A stretch of DNA of 64,000 nucleotides from Octopus sinensis (taxonomy: Eukaryota): positions 67,022,001 through 67,086,000 of the forward strand of contig NC_043010.1 of NCBI RefSeq assembly GCF_006345805.1, read 5' to 3'. Below are positions 1-12,050 of this stretch, one piece after another (positions within the stretch are counted from its first letter, which is position 1; every line of letters starts with the position of its first letter). The notes under the pieces are model-generated. The model saw only the letters and a program-made list of their open reading frames with translations, had not been told where the DNA came from and made no database searches. A program made the translations under genes and the position numbers.

Positions 1-337
1 ATAAACAGCAGGTTGCAATGTTTCACCAAAAGGGAGAATTCATCATCATCATCGTCACTTAACATCTGCTTTCCATGCTGGCATGGGTTGGAAGGTTTGA
101 CAGAGTGCTGGCAAGCCAGAAGGCTGGGAAAATTATGATTGTCACTAAATGGGACCAGGGTGTTTAGAAACACTTACATTGCTAGAAATAAGAGTGAAAT
201 TGCTCTAATGCTGTAGTTAAGGCATATGAATGAAAACATATTCACTAAGAGGGAGCATAATTGTACGAAAAGTAACCAACCGAGAATTCTTAATATGTAT
301 ACACACACACGTATATTATATATATATATATATATAT

Positions 338-396
338 AACGGGAAGCTTTATGAAAATAAACAAAAGACGAAGGCAGGTGGAAAACAAACAACAAT
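338..396 (-). mobile_element. 3' terminus fragment of a Penelope-like element abutting (TA)n
   Basis: ataacgggaagctttatgaaaataaacaaaagacgaaggcaggtggaaaacaaac matches the end of the GIY-YIG-bearing element at 53507-53570; also seen at 1638-1700. Confidence 0.65.
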
Positions 397-446
397 ATAT
401 ATTATATATATATATTATATATATATATATTATATATATATATGTG

Positions 447-492
<46 letters not shown>

Positions 493-704
493 TATACTAT
501 TATATATATTATATATATATATATATTATTATAGATATATATATATATAGATATATATATTAACTATGTATTATATATATATATATATATATATATAGAC
601 TCATACATAGCACATACCATGGCTTCGGAGCCATAGTGGAAGACATGCCCAAGGTGCCGCGCAGTGTGACTGAACCTGGGACCATCTGTCGACCATAGTC
701 GATT

Positions 705-1098
705 GGCTACCGTACCGGTGGCACATAAAAAGCACCATTCGAGCATGATCATTACCAGTGTCACCTTACTGGCACTTGTACCAGTGGCACATGAAAAACA
801 ACATTCGAGTGAGGTCGTTGCCAGTGCCGCTGGACTGGCTCCTGTGTAGGTGGCACATGAAAAACACCATTTGAGCATGGCCATCGCCAGTACCGCCTGA
901 CTGGCCCTCATACCAGTGGCATGTAAAAGTACCCACTACACTCTCGGAGTGGTTGGCGTTAGGAAGGGCATCCAGCCGTAGAAACTCTGCCAGATCAGAT
1001 TGGATCCTGGTGCAGCCATCTGGTTCACCAGTCCTCAGTCAAACCATCCAGCTAACATTGAAAGTGGATGTTAAACAATGAGGATGATGATGATGATG
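705..1098 (+). mobile_element. RTE-tailed SINE (family A) with internal ~60-bp modules
   Basis: cactctcggagtggttggcgttaggaagggcatccagc...gttaaacaatgaggatgatg tail; matches copies at 1700, 4790, 6725, 8885, 18600, 59140. Confidence 0.8.
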
Positions 1099-1182
1099 AC
1101 ACGTACACATATTTAAGTGTCGTCATATATATATATGTATGTATGTATATAAATATATATATGTATATAAACATATATATAT

Positions 1183-1220
<38 letters not shown>

Positions 1221-1226
<6 letters not shown>

Positions 1227-1546
1227 GTTATCGCCATACTATATGGCATTCTTATAAAATAAGAATAAGCTGTCCGCTTATTAGCTCCATGAGGCCATCG
1301 CCTTAAGTTAGCTATTTGATACACAAACTGTATCCATATAACCTTCGAACAAGGGAGGTCAGTCGCTCCACACTACTTGACCGGCAGCTACAGACGCGTT
1401 TCGGGTATTGCCCCTTTTCAGGTTATATGGGATACAGTTGTGTATCAAATAGCTAACTTAAGGCGATGGCCTCATGGAGCTAATAAGCGGACAGCTTGAT
1501 TCTTATTTTTATAAGAATGCCATATTAGTATGGCGATAACTATTAT
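1221..1546. mobile_element. Fold-back (inverted repeat) element, probably Penelope pLTR-derived
   Basis: ~122-bp arms (1221-1343, 1421-1546) nearly identical in inverted orientation; 77-nt spacer; flanked by (TA)n. Confidence 0.75.
1388..1421 (-). ncRNA. Degenerate minimal hammerhead ribozyme motif
   Basis: minus strand CTGAAAA-GGG-gcaata-CCC-GAAAC-GC-GTC; palindromic stem III (ACGCGT) and GUC site present, but G8 is A and no canonical stem I. Confidence 0.45.
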
Positions 1547-1637
1547 TTTCCGGGAACGCTGCCGCTGTTCTCTTTTAGAGAGACTTAGTAATTTTAATAT
1601 TCATATATATATATATATTATATATATATATATATAT

Positions 1638-1700
1638 AACGGTAAGCTTTATGAAAATAGACAAAAGACGAAGGCAGGTTTACGGAAATAAACAAAAGAC
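1638..1700 (-). mobile_element. 3' terminus fragment of Penelope-like element at (TA)n
   Basis: ataacggtaagctttatgaaaatagacaaaagacgaaggcagg, same terminus as 338 and 53507. Confidence 0.65.
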
Positions 1701-1922
1701 AATGCCCATCCTAACGCCAACCACTCCGAGAGTGTAGTGGGTACTTTTACATGCCACCGGTACGAGGGCTAGTCAGGTGGTACTGGCGATGGCCATGCTC
1801 AAATGGTGTTTTTTATGTGCCACCTGCACAGGAGCCAGTCCAGCGGCACTGGCAATGACCTCACTTGAATGTTGTTTTTCATGTACCACCGGTACAAGTG
1901 CCAGTAAGGTGATGCTGGTAAT
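1700..1922 (-). mobile_element. SINE family A fragment
   Basis: cctaacgccaaccactccgagagtgtagtgggtac plus internal modules. Confidence 0.75.
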
Positions 1923-2137
1923 GATATATAAACATATAATATATATATATATATATATATACATATATATATAAACATACAAGCATATATTGATATGTAT
2001 GTAAATACATAGCAGTTTACATACTTGTTCGACTGAAAATTTTAAATATAAGTTATTCTCCACACCTATACAAGCACACATACATACACGCATACATACA
2101 TACATACATACATACATTACATATACACGCACGCACG

Positions 2138-2170
<33 letters not shown>

Positions 2171-2552
2171 CACACTTGCACATACAATTACATTATGTAT
2201 ATAGTTGTATATATAATTACATTATATATACAAATATATTTAAATATATGCATTGTGCACACAAGTAGTAGACAAACATAAACACTTATATATTGATATT
2301 AGAAATGTCCATCAATCTATCTTTTATATGAATATGTGAAATCAATAAAGGAATAGATAGGAAGAAACAATTGCCTTAATGACTGTCTCAATGACAATCT
2401 ATAGCCGCATGTACACTCTTATGCATATATTTAATGCCAATATACACATGTCTATGTATGTGTGTGTGTGCATGTATGTGCGTGTATGTGTATATATATA
2501 TATATCTATATATATATATATATATATATTATATACAGGCACATTGTGGAGG

Positions 2553-2807
2553 CAATGTTGGGAGGACAAACACAGACACAACAAACATACACAACACAAC
2601 ATGCATATATATATATAATATATATTATATATATATATTATAATATATACGGACGGGCTTCTTTCAGTTCTGTCTGCCAAATCCACTCACAAGGCTTTGG
2701 TTGGCCCGAGGCTATAATAGAAGACACTTGCCCAAGGTGCCACGCAGTTGGACTGAACCCGGAATCATGTGGTTCGTAAGCAAGCTACTTACTACACAGC
2801 CACTCCT
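2553..2807 (-). mobile_element. tRNA-derived CORE-like SINE (family B), partial
   Basis: agaagacacttgcccaaggtgccacgcag...cacagccactcct; ccttgggcaagt segment resembles the MIR/CORE domain. Confidence 0.85.
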
Positions 2808-3137
2808 ATGCTTACAAATTGTTTAAATGTGTTGTTAAACTTTAGAATTATATTTCTATGATATTATAATTTCAATACATAAAGTAAAATTAGTAAATAT
2901 AACTTTGATTATTGACTCAAAGAACGAATTTGTCAACTTCTTCAAATTCCAGCAAAACAAACGCTTTTGCAAGATATGAATACTTAGCTAAAGCACTTCA
3001 TGCATAAAAGACAAAGATTTTGTTAAAATATGATGTTAATGTATCTAGTTAATAATTTTCTATTGAAGTGTTTTTATAACTGTTGTATATTTGTAAAAAC
3101 TTGTATAACATGACGTGTCCCGCCTTTGATTATCCAG

Positions 3138-4457
3138 CGAGGTTACTTTGAACGGCGTCCAAGTAACCCCGATTACTGTTTCTGGCAGTAAGCAAGCTGC
3201 CACCATCCAATTCCACACATATGCTTCAACCACCTGACGTGGCATTTTATGGGCCTCTTCAAAAAAGCTGGAGAAAAATCTGAAATGATTTGAAGGCATA
3301 TGGCAGGAAGGACTCAAAGACCTTAACTAAAGATGCTTTTCCTGCTCTGCTTACACAGCTGCATGTTGTTCTCTTTCCTGATGGTGTCATTCACAGCAAG
3401 AATTTTGAAAGTGGATTCATGAAATGTGGAATTCACCCTTTTCATTTAGACAAAGTTTTGGATCAGCTACCAGACTATGAAGGGGGCAAAGAAGATGATG
3501 AAGTCATCAGTGTAAGAGTTTTGGATGTTGTGTTGGGAATGCTAAAGTCAATGAGAGGAGTGGATGAGAGCAGACCAAAGAAGAGATGAAAGGAGTTGAA
3601 TGTCGCCCCTGGCAAAAGTATAAGTGCTGAGGACGTCAGTGCTTCTGGTAGCGAAATGATGGCCATCTGTTCATCATGAGAGAAGCATGGAGAAAGAGAG
3701 CAGTAAGAGAATTTGAATGATGAAGAGATAAACTCTGAGGGTAGTGATGTTTCGATGAATGAATGTGACAGGCACTCCGGTACTTCAGACATGGAGAGAG
3801 TAGAAAACACAGAAAGATGAAGTAGTTTTGCTGGAAACTTTGTCATTGTGAGGAAGGAAGGGCAAACATTTCCCAGTCAAGTGATCTCAAATGGAAGTGA
3901 TAGAGCACTTGTGGCATCATTGACAAAATGTAAATAGATAGAGTGGAGGTGGCCACTGAAGGAGGAGAAACTCGTCTACTACAACTGGGAAGATGTGGTA
4001 GAAATGAAAACAAAACAGACTCTACTGAACAAAAGGGGTTTCTATCGATTACCTGACCTTGAACAAGAATGGGGAATATAAAGGAATATAAAATGTGACT
4101 TACTGATAACTGTGTGACATTTTCTTAAGTGTTATAACACTTAAAGCTGTTCGTTGACTTTTCTTTTGTATTTGTTAATAAAAAAAAACTTTTTTTATAA
4201 CTCTTATCTTTGTTCAATGTTGCACTACATAAAAGTAATTTTGAACATAAGTCAAAAAGACATTACAGTTCAGAGTAACCCCAAATCAGGGGTTACTCTG
4301 AACAGCGACAATTCTACAATAAAAGTAATCAAATATTGACTGCAACTTATATTTATTTCATTTATCATTTTATCTATTTAGTCCCCCTAAAAGAAAGGTT
4401 ATGAAATTATTGCAATAAGAAGTCTAAAACCGTTCAAAGTAACCTTGTTTCACGGTA
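3138..4457 (+). mobile_element. Internally deleted pogo/Tigger-like DNA transposon
   Basis: left cgaggttactttgaacgg (3138-3155) is inverted to right ccgttcaaagtaaccttg-tttcacgg-TA (4430-4457); encloses a DDE_1-type transposase C-terminus. Confidence 0.8.
3197..4081 (+). pseudogene. pogo-family (DDE_1) transposase C-terminal half, six in-frame stops, no frameshift
   Basis: LPPSNSTHMLQPPDVAFYGPLQKSW and SGFMKCGIHPF match pogo/CENP-B-like motifs; same frame continues through an acidic linker to a terminal domain. Confidence 0.8.
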
Positions 4458-4789
4458 TATATGAGCATGTCTAGATAAGCTAGTATATATATGCACGAGA
4501 AATACACATAAAACAAAACATACAAATCTGCACACATACATACATACATACATAGAAAAATACCCCGTTGAGGTTGTTGAAATTCCATTGAAGGAGCCTC
4601 GGATTTAGGTTAGAAACCTGGCTCTTTCTCTATTGGCAAGAAATCTTGAAATAAAACTAAACAATGTCATACGTACATATAAGCAATTATACGTAAATAC
4701 ATGTAAATATACATACATTCATCCATCTATACATACATGCAAACACATACAAATATATCCATACAAATATATATATGTGCATATCTACA

Positions 4790-5100
4790 TCATCATCATC
4801 ATCGTTTAGTGTCTGCTTTCCATGCTAGCATGGGTTGGACGATTTGACTGAGGTCTGGTGAACCAGATGGCTGCACCAGGCTCCAATCTTGATCTGGCAG
4901 AGTTTCTACAGCTGGACGCCCTTCCTAATGCCAGCCACTCTGAGAGTGTAAGTGGGTGCTTCTATGTGCCCCCGGCATGAGGGCCAGTCCAGTGGCACTG
5001 GCAATGACCTCGCTCAAATGTTTTTTCCCATGTCACCGGCACAAGTGCCAGTAGGGTGACGCTGGGAACGATCACGCTCGAATGGTACTTTTTACATGCA
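4790..5100 (-). mobile_element. SINE family A
   Basis: (CAT)n tail, ttccatgctagcatgggttggacg, ctggacgcccttcctaatgccagccact. Confidence 0.85.
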
Positions 5101-5630
5101 AACATACATATATACATACATACATACACGTATACACACATGTGCATACACATACATGCATACATACATACACACACATACATATATACATGCATACACA
5201 CACATACATATATGCTTACATGCATATATACACACACACATACACACATACATACATACACACATATACACATATACATATATACATGCATATACACACA
5301 TATATGCTTACATACATACATGATGGCTGCCCCCTCGTTATCGAGTATGGCCATTGCAAGAGGACATACATACATACATACATACATAATACATACATAC
5401 ACACATACATACATACATACATATATACATTCATGCATAGATACATACATACATACATTCATACATACATACATACATACATACATACATACATACATAC
5501 ATACATACATACATACATACATAAATACATACATACCTACATACATGCATACACACATACATACATACATACATACATACATACATACATACATACATAC
5601 ATACATACATACATACATACATGCATACAA
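5100..5630. repeat. (TACA)n/(CA)n microsatellite field
   Basis: direct inspection; explains the HTYI/MYVC ORFs. Confidence 0.95.
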
Positions 5631-5892
5631 GAAAATGTATGTACCATCACGAGATCAGCTGCCCTGGTGATGTGAATATCCGTTTGGAAAAAGAAAGACA
5701 GTAACTATGGACAGCTGCTTCGAAACCTTCAGCTTCTGTATCCAGGTTATAATTTCAAATTCATACCAATAATAAATGGTGCACTTCGTTTTGTATGTAA
5801 ATGCCTAACTGGCCATCTGGATGAGCTTAGGTTTTCAGAGAAAAAAAAAATCAACCAACAGATTCACACATTACAAATACACGTTGTGGATG

Positions 5893-6306
5893 GTGGAAGC
5901 ACTCCATCAGTTACGACGACGAGGGTTCCGGTTGATCCGAATCAACGGAACAGCCTGCTCGTGAAATTCACGTGTAAGTGGCTGAGCACTCCACAGACAC
6001 GTGTAAGTGGCTGAGCACTCCACAGACACGTGTACCCTTAACGTAGTTCTCAGGGATATTCAGTGTGACACAGAGAGTGACAAGACCGGCCCTTTGAAAT
6101 ACAGGTACAACAGAAACAGGAAGTAAGAGTGAGAGAAAGTTGTGGTGAAAGAGTACAGCAGGGATCACCACCATCCCCTGCCGGAGCTGCGTGGAGCTTT
6201 AGGTGTTTTTGCTCAATAAACACTCACAACGCCCGGTCTGGGAATCGAAACCGCGATCCTATGACCGCGAGTCCGCTGCCCTAACCACTGGGCCATTGCG
6301 CCTCCA
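5893..6306 (-). mobile_element. Long tRNA-derived SINE (family C), near full length, with a 27-bp internal duplication
   Basis: minus strand tggcccagtggttagggcagcggactcgcgg...ggtttcgattccc (A/B boxes); matches 23948-24301. Confidence 0.85.
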
Positions 6307-6351
6307 TTACACGTTGTAAGACCGTAAGCATATGCAAGACTTTTCTCAAGT

Positions 6352-6578
6352 TTAACCCTTTAGTATTTAAACCGGTCATATCCGGCCAAAATATTTAACC
6401 TGTTTTATGTTCAAACTGACCAGATCCAGGCCCTCACACCTACCCTACAATGCTATTCTACATTAAGTAATTACACCATCAACATCTTGAAGATATGAGA
6501 TAAGGCATGATTAATTCAAATCAATGTGAATCAATAAACATTATGTTTGATAGAATAATCTGAACACTAAAGGGTTAA
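6352..6578. mobile_element. piggyBac-type MITE
   Basis: TTAA-ccctttag...ctaaaggg-TTAA termini with TTAA duplication. Confidence 0.8.
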
Positions 6579-6724
6579 AATGCAATATTATTCTCATTGT
6601 TTGTATTCCAACAATGGAGCTTTGTATTTTTGTTAGAAACCAGCTCCTTCTTCAGATAAAGGATTTAAATGACGAGGACCGTACATACATACATACATGC
6701 ATACATTCATATATACATACATAC

Positions 6725-7085
6725 ATCATTATCATCATCATCATCGTTTAACGTCCGTTTTCCATACTGGCATGGGTTGGACGGTTTAACTGGGGACTGG
6801 CAAGCCAGGAGGTCGCGCCAAGCTCCAATCTGATCTGGTGAGGTTTCTACAGCTGGATGCCCTTCCTAAAACCAACCACTCCGAGAGTGTAGCGGGTGCT
6901 TTTTATGTGCCAATGGCATGGGAGCCAGTCAGGCAGGTCTGGCATTGGCCACATTTGGATAGTTCTTTTTCCGTGTCACCAGCACAGGAGCCAGTCGAGG
7001 CAGGGGGCTGGCATTGACCACGTTCGGATGGTGCTTTATACGTGCCACTGGCATGGGGAGCCAGCCAGGTGGAACTGGCAACAAC
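6725..7085 (-). mobile_element. SINE family A
   Basis: (CAT)n tail plus ctggatgcccttcctaaaaccaaccactccgagag. Confidence 0.85.
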
Positions 7086-7089
7086 CCAA

Positions 7090-7440
7090 TACATACATAC
7101 ATTAATAGATACATTAATACATACATACATGCATACATACATATATGCATACATACATGCATACATGCATACATACATGCATGCATACATGCATACATAC
7201 ATACATCCACACATACATACATACACACATACATGCATACATACATACATGCATACATACATATATGCATACATACATGCATGCATGCATGCATACATGC
7301 ATGCATACATGCATGCATGCATGCATACATACATACATACATACATCCACACATACATACATCCACACATACATACATACACACACATACACACATACAT
7401 ACATACATGCATACATACATACATACATACATACATACAT
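7090..7440. repeat. (TACA/TGCA)n microsatellite
   Basis: direct inspection. Confidence 0.95.
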
Positions 7441-7544
7441 CTGTGGTGCTACCTCTTACCTCCTCAATCCACTCATATTCCAAATGATATTCCTGATTGA
7501 CCATACCTCCACCTATGTTCACCTTTCGCTGCATTCACTCCTAT

Positions 7545-7948
7545 CCCCTGAACTTGTAATCTGGATAGAGTAACTACAAATTTCTCAATAGTTCAGCATA
7601 GGTGTTCTCTTCTTCACTGCTAATTCCCACAACTGTACACAGTTTCCCTTCTCTATCCCAAATCACTATATCAGGTCTATTGTGCTTACATTTTATTGAT
7701 GCCTTCACTGGGACATTCCACCAGTGTTCCTTTTTATTATGAGTGGCTATGGCTTCTACCGTATTGTGGGTTCTTATTTCTTTGTCCTCAGGATTATCCT
7801 TCTGACAGATTTCATTATTGAGTGTCCTAGCTATAATGTCATGTCTCATCTGTAGATAATACCATAATGACATTTTCAGACAACTGTTTATGATGTGCGT
7901 GATATTTTCAGTGTGAACTCCACAAAGTCTGCATCGGTTGTCACGTTT
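7545..7948 (-). pseudogene. R4/Dong-like non-LTR retrotransposon fragment: CCHC knuckle plus restriction-like endonuclease
   Basis: CRLCGVHTENITHIINSC...YLQMRHD...HNRPDIVIWD...ELLRNL*LLYPDYKF. Confidence 0.8.
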
Positions 7949-7949
7949 T

Positions 7950-8405
7950 ATGTATGTATGTATGTATGTATGTATATATGTATGCATGCATGCATGTATG
8001 TATGTATGCATGTATACATGAACATATGTATGTATGTATACATGAACATACATATGTATAGATCTATGTATTTATGTACATGTGTATGAGTATGTATGTA
8101 TGTGTAATATATGTACATACATATGTATGTATTTATGTATGTATGTATGTATGTGTGTGTATTTATCTACATATGTATGAGCATGTATATATGCACATAT
8201 GTGAGTATGTATATATGTATGTACATGTGTATGAATGTATATGTATATATGTATGCATGTTTGTATACATGAACATACATATGTATACATGTATGTATGT
8301 ATTTATGTACATGTGTATGTATGTATGTGTAATGTATGTACATATGTATGTATGTATTTATGTATGCACTTGTGTATGTATGTATGTATGTATGAGTATG
8401 AATGT
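7950..8405. repeat. (TATG)n microsatellite field
   Basis: direct inspection. Confidence 0.95.
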
Positions 8406-8409
8406 TTTG

Positions 8410-8745
8410 TCTTTGAGTTTTAAGTTCTTCTCAAAAGATTTCAAACTGGTCACTGACAAAACAAGACTTCTTGAGTTAAGAGAAGAGCTCTCGGTGTTTG
8501 TGAACATGTTGTTGACTTGGAATGTTGGTTGAGCTGTCGATGTATACATCCAAGTGTGTGCATCTATTCACTTAAAGAATCTCAATGGAGAATTTTTAGA
8601 ATGTCTGGCAAATCTTCACTGTGCCACTAACAGATTGGATTTGGAGAATCCGCATCAGTTACTTTTTCCCTTCCTTCGAAAACCTAGTATTTCTGGGTTT
8701 TTGTGTAAATTTGTTGGTACTTGGCCTAATGCAACTATGATAATT
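8410..8745 (-). pseudogene. Extreme C-terminus and 3' UTR of an R4/RLE-type non-LTR element
   Basis: IIIVALGQVPTNLHKNPEILGF / frameshift / LMRILQIQSVSGTVKICQTF resembles the IIGALG...GTVKI end of RLE-clade ORFs. Confidence 0.6.
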
Positions 8746-8884
8746 ATTAGATGTATGCATGTATGTATAAATGTAAGTACATATATATATATAGAAATAT
8801 ATGTATGTACATATATATATATATACATACATATATATATAGCCATTCCTGTGTCTATGTATGTATACAGGCATGTATAAAAAG

Positions 8885-9095
8885 ATTTGAGCGAGGTCAT
8901 TGCCAGTACTGCCTGACTGGCCCCGTGTACTCTCGGAGTGGTTGGCATTAGGAAGGGCATCCAGCTGTAGAAACTCTGCCAGATCAAGATTGGAGCCTGG
9001 TGCAGCCATCTGGTTCGCCAGCCCTCTGTCAAATCGTCCAACCCATGCTAGTATGGGAAGTGGACGTTAGACAATGATGATGATGATGATGATGA
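8885..9095 (+). mobile_element. SINE family A, 3' part
   Basis: ggttggcattaggaagggcatccagctgtagaaactctgcc...(GAT)n tail. Confidence 0.85.
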
Positions 9096-9734
9096 TATAT
9101 ACACAAACACAGATGCACACACACACACATACAACACACACACACACACACATATATAGTTTATAATCATATTTATATGTATGAAATGTATGTTGGCTTT
9201 TCTCTCCATCTCTCCCTCTCTCTCTCTCTTCTCTCTCTCTCTTTCTCACCATACACAGACTCTCATAAATACTTGAGACAATGGGAGAGCCTCTACATAG
9301 TCTCAGTCTGTCGACCTACTAGAAATAGCAGCCAAATCACCTTACAAATCACATCCAACCACCTTAAAAAAAAAAAAGAAAAAAGGACAAACTGGACAAT
9401 CCAATCACGAAAGCAAGATCGAATGTTCATATCAGGGAAAATCCATCGGTCATTGGTCAACTTAAACAAAGCTGACCTCAGCCTAAACAACCACAACAGC
9501 AACAACGACAACAACAACCGACAAGCACGCATACATGTAGCCACACATTTATCAATCGAAATATCTATGTATCTATCGGAGAGTGTGGGTAAGCAGACTG
9601 CTTATTGATTATCCCTCACTGTGGTGTATTGATCTATTAATCATTTTAACGTGATAGAACACGGGAACGAAAATAGACAAAGTTATTTCAGTGAGGCAGA
9701 AGCCACGACTGCTTCATTGTCTTACACCTGACAC

Positions 9735-9757
9735 ACAGACACACACACAGAAGTATG

Positions 9758-9792
<35 letters not shown>

Positions 9793-9990
9793 GTATGCCC
9801 ACACACACACCACACACACACACACACAGAAGTATGCCCACCACACACACACACACACAGAGAAGTATGCACACACACACACACACACACACAGAAGTAT
9901 GCACACACACACAAACACACAGAAGTATGCACACACACACACACACACAGAAGTATGCCCACACACCCACACACACATACACAGAAGTAT
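9735..9990. repeat. Compound minisatellite: (CA)n interrupted by GAAGTATGC
   Basis: about nine recurrences of acagaagtatgc separated by variable CA runs. Confidence 0.85.
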
Positions 9991-10158
9991 GCCCACACAT
10001 TCACACACACACAAATGCGCGTGCACACACAGAAATGTGCACACAGACATATACATGCGTGTACATGCATGCAAATATACATGCGCAAAAACGCCATATG
10101 TTCATACATGCTTAAACACTGACATATGTATATGTATATGTATATGTGTGTATGAGTG

Positions 10159-10190
<32 letters not shown>

Positions 10191-10745
10191 TGTATATGTA
10201 TGTATGTATATATATATATGTATATATATGTATATATATATGTATATATATGTATATATATATGTATATAAGTGTGTGTGTGCATTATATATACATACGC
10301 AAATATATATGTATGCATGCATTCATACACGTGAATATCTATTATATAATGCATAACTATACACACACACATATATACATATATATGTATAAGCATACAT
10401 ATGCACATGCACACACAGACACACACACTCATGTACATATATGTTATATAATACTTAACTATATGTATATATAAATGCATGCACACCCATATACATACAT
10501 ATACACATACACACAAACAGAGACACAGACAAACACACACACATACACATATACAGATATACATAAACACATACACACAAACACAGGCACACACACATAT
10601 GTACACATCACATCAAAGATACACAGATCCATATACATACACACACTCACACTCACATGTGTGTGTGTGTGTGTGTATATATATGTGTATGTATGTATAT
10701 ATATATGTATACACCATGTATATAAAATATTTATTTTACATAAAT

Positions 10746-10890
10746 ATTCAGGAGACCCAGCCAAAAGTGCTGACAGGAAGGAAATGGAGGGCCAGAGAAA
10801 CCGTTGAACTGGCAGAGTCCAACATGAACATGACAGGGTAGGGGTCCAGGAACTGTAGCTCAGCGAAGGCTGGACTGAATTGGCAGCAAG
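10746..10890 (+). pseudogene. HERO-like (RLE) non-LTR remnant
   Basis: QETQPKVLTGRKWRARETVELAES...KAGLNW resembles the TGRKWxAxEAVxxAES...GRAGLG post-RT motif. Confidence 0.5.
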
Positions 10891-11049
10891 ATCAATTAAA
10901 TATCCCACAGAAAACCAAGGGACAGAAGGGGGTCCCTTTGACCTGTGAGATTAGTTATTCTGGAAAGGAAAAAACTAGAAACCAAAACCAGTTGTAGAGT
11001 TTTCAATGTAACCTGTAACTTCATCATCACCAGCATCTTCATTTGATGC

Positions 11050-11315
11050 CTACTTTTGCATGTTTGTGGAGGCATGTGGGTTAGTGGTTAGGGTGTCAGC
11101 ATTATGATCGTAAGATTGTGGTTTCGATTCTTGGACCAGGCAACGCGTTGTGTTCTTGAGTAAAACACTTCATTTCACGTTGCTCTAGTCCACTCAGCTG
11201 GCAAAAATGAGTAACGCTGTGATGGACTGGCATCCCGTCCAGCTGGGGAACACATATGCCATTGAAACCAGGAAACTGGGCCCATGAGCCTGGTTGGGCT
11301 TTAAAAGGGTGCAAA
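11050..11315 (-). mobile_element. Opposed family C-related SINE fragments
   Basis: tRNA-like head ggaggcatgtgggttagtggttagggtg...ggtttcgattc and ttgtgttcttgagtaaaacacttcat; head reads on plus, so orientation is uncertain. Confidence 0.55.
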
Positions 11316-11579
11316 AAAAACCAAAAAACATTTGCATGTTTGCATGGGTCAGATGGAATCTAGTGGGGACAGGTTTTTCTATGGCTGGATGATCCTCCTG
11401 TCACCAGCCCTTACCTGTTTCCAAGCAAGTTAATACTTCCTCCATGGCCAGACATGGTCTTGTAGAATATTGGAAACAAATGACAATGTTTGTATGACAG
11501 CAACAACTATTTTGCAATAATTATGTGATTTCAAGACATTTATATATAGACACACACACACATTAATCATGATGAATAT

Positions 11580-12050
11580 TTAGTATGTATGTACATATGT
11601 ATATATATATATTAATGTGTATGTATATATATATATATGTGTGTGTGTGTGTATATATATATGTATATATATGTGTATATACATACATATATACACACAC
11701 TCACACACACATACACATGCACTCACACTCAAATGCATGCACACCCACTCAAACACACACACGAATCTATCTGTGTGCTTGAAGAATGCACACACACACA
11801 TATATGTATATAATGTGTGTGTGTGTGTGCAAATATATATATACATATATATGTGTGCATATGTTTATATGTGTATGAGTGTGTATACATATATATTTGC
11901 ATATATATGCATATATGTATATATGTATATAAATATATATGCGTGTGTGTGTGTATGTATTTATATATATATGTATATATATACATATACATACATACAT
12001 ACACACATGCATACATATACACATACACACAACACACAAACATATACACA
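11580..12050. repeat. Mixed (TA)/(TG)/(CA) microsatellite field
   Basis: direct inspection. Confidence 0.95.
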
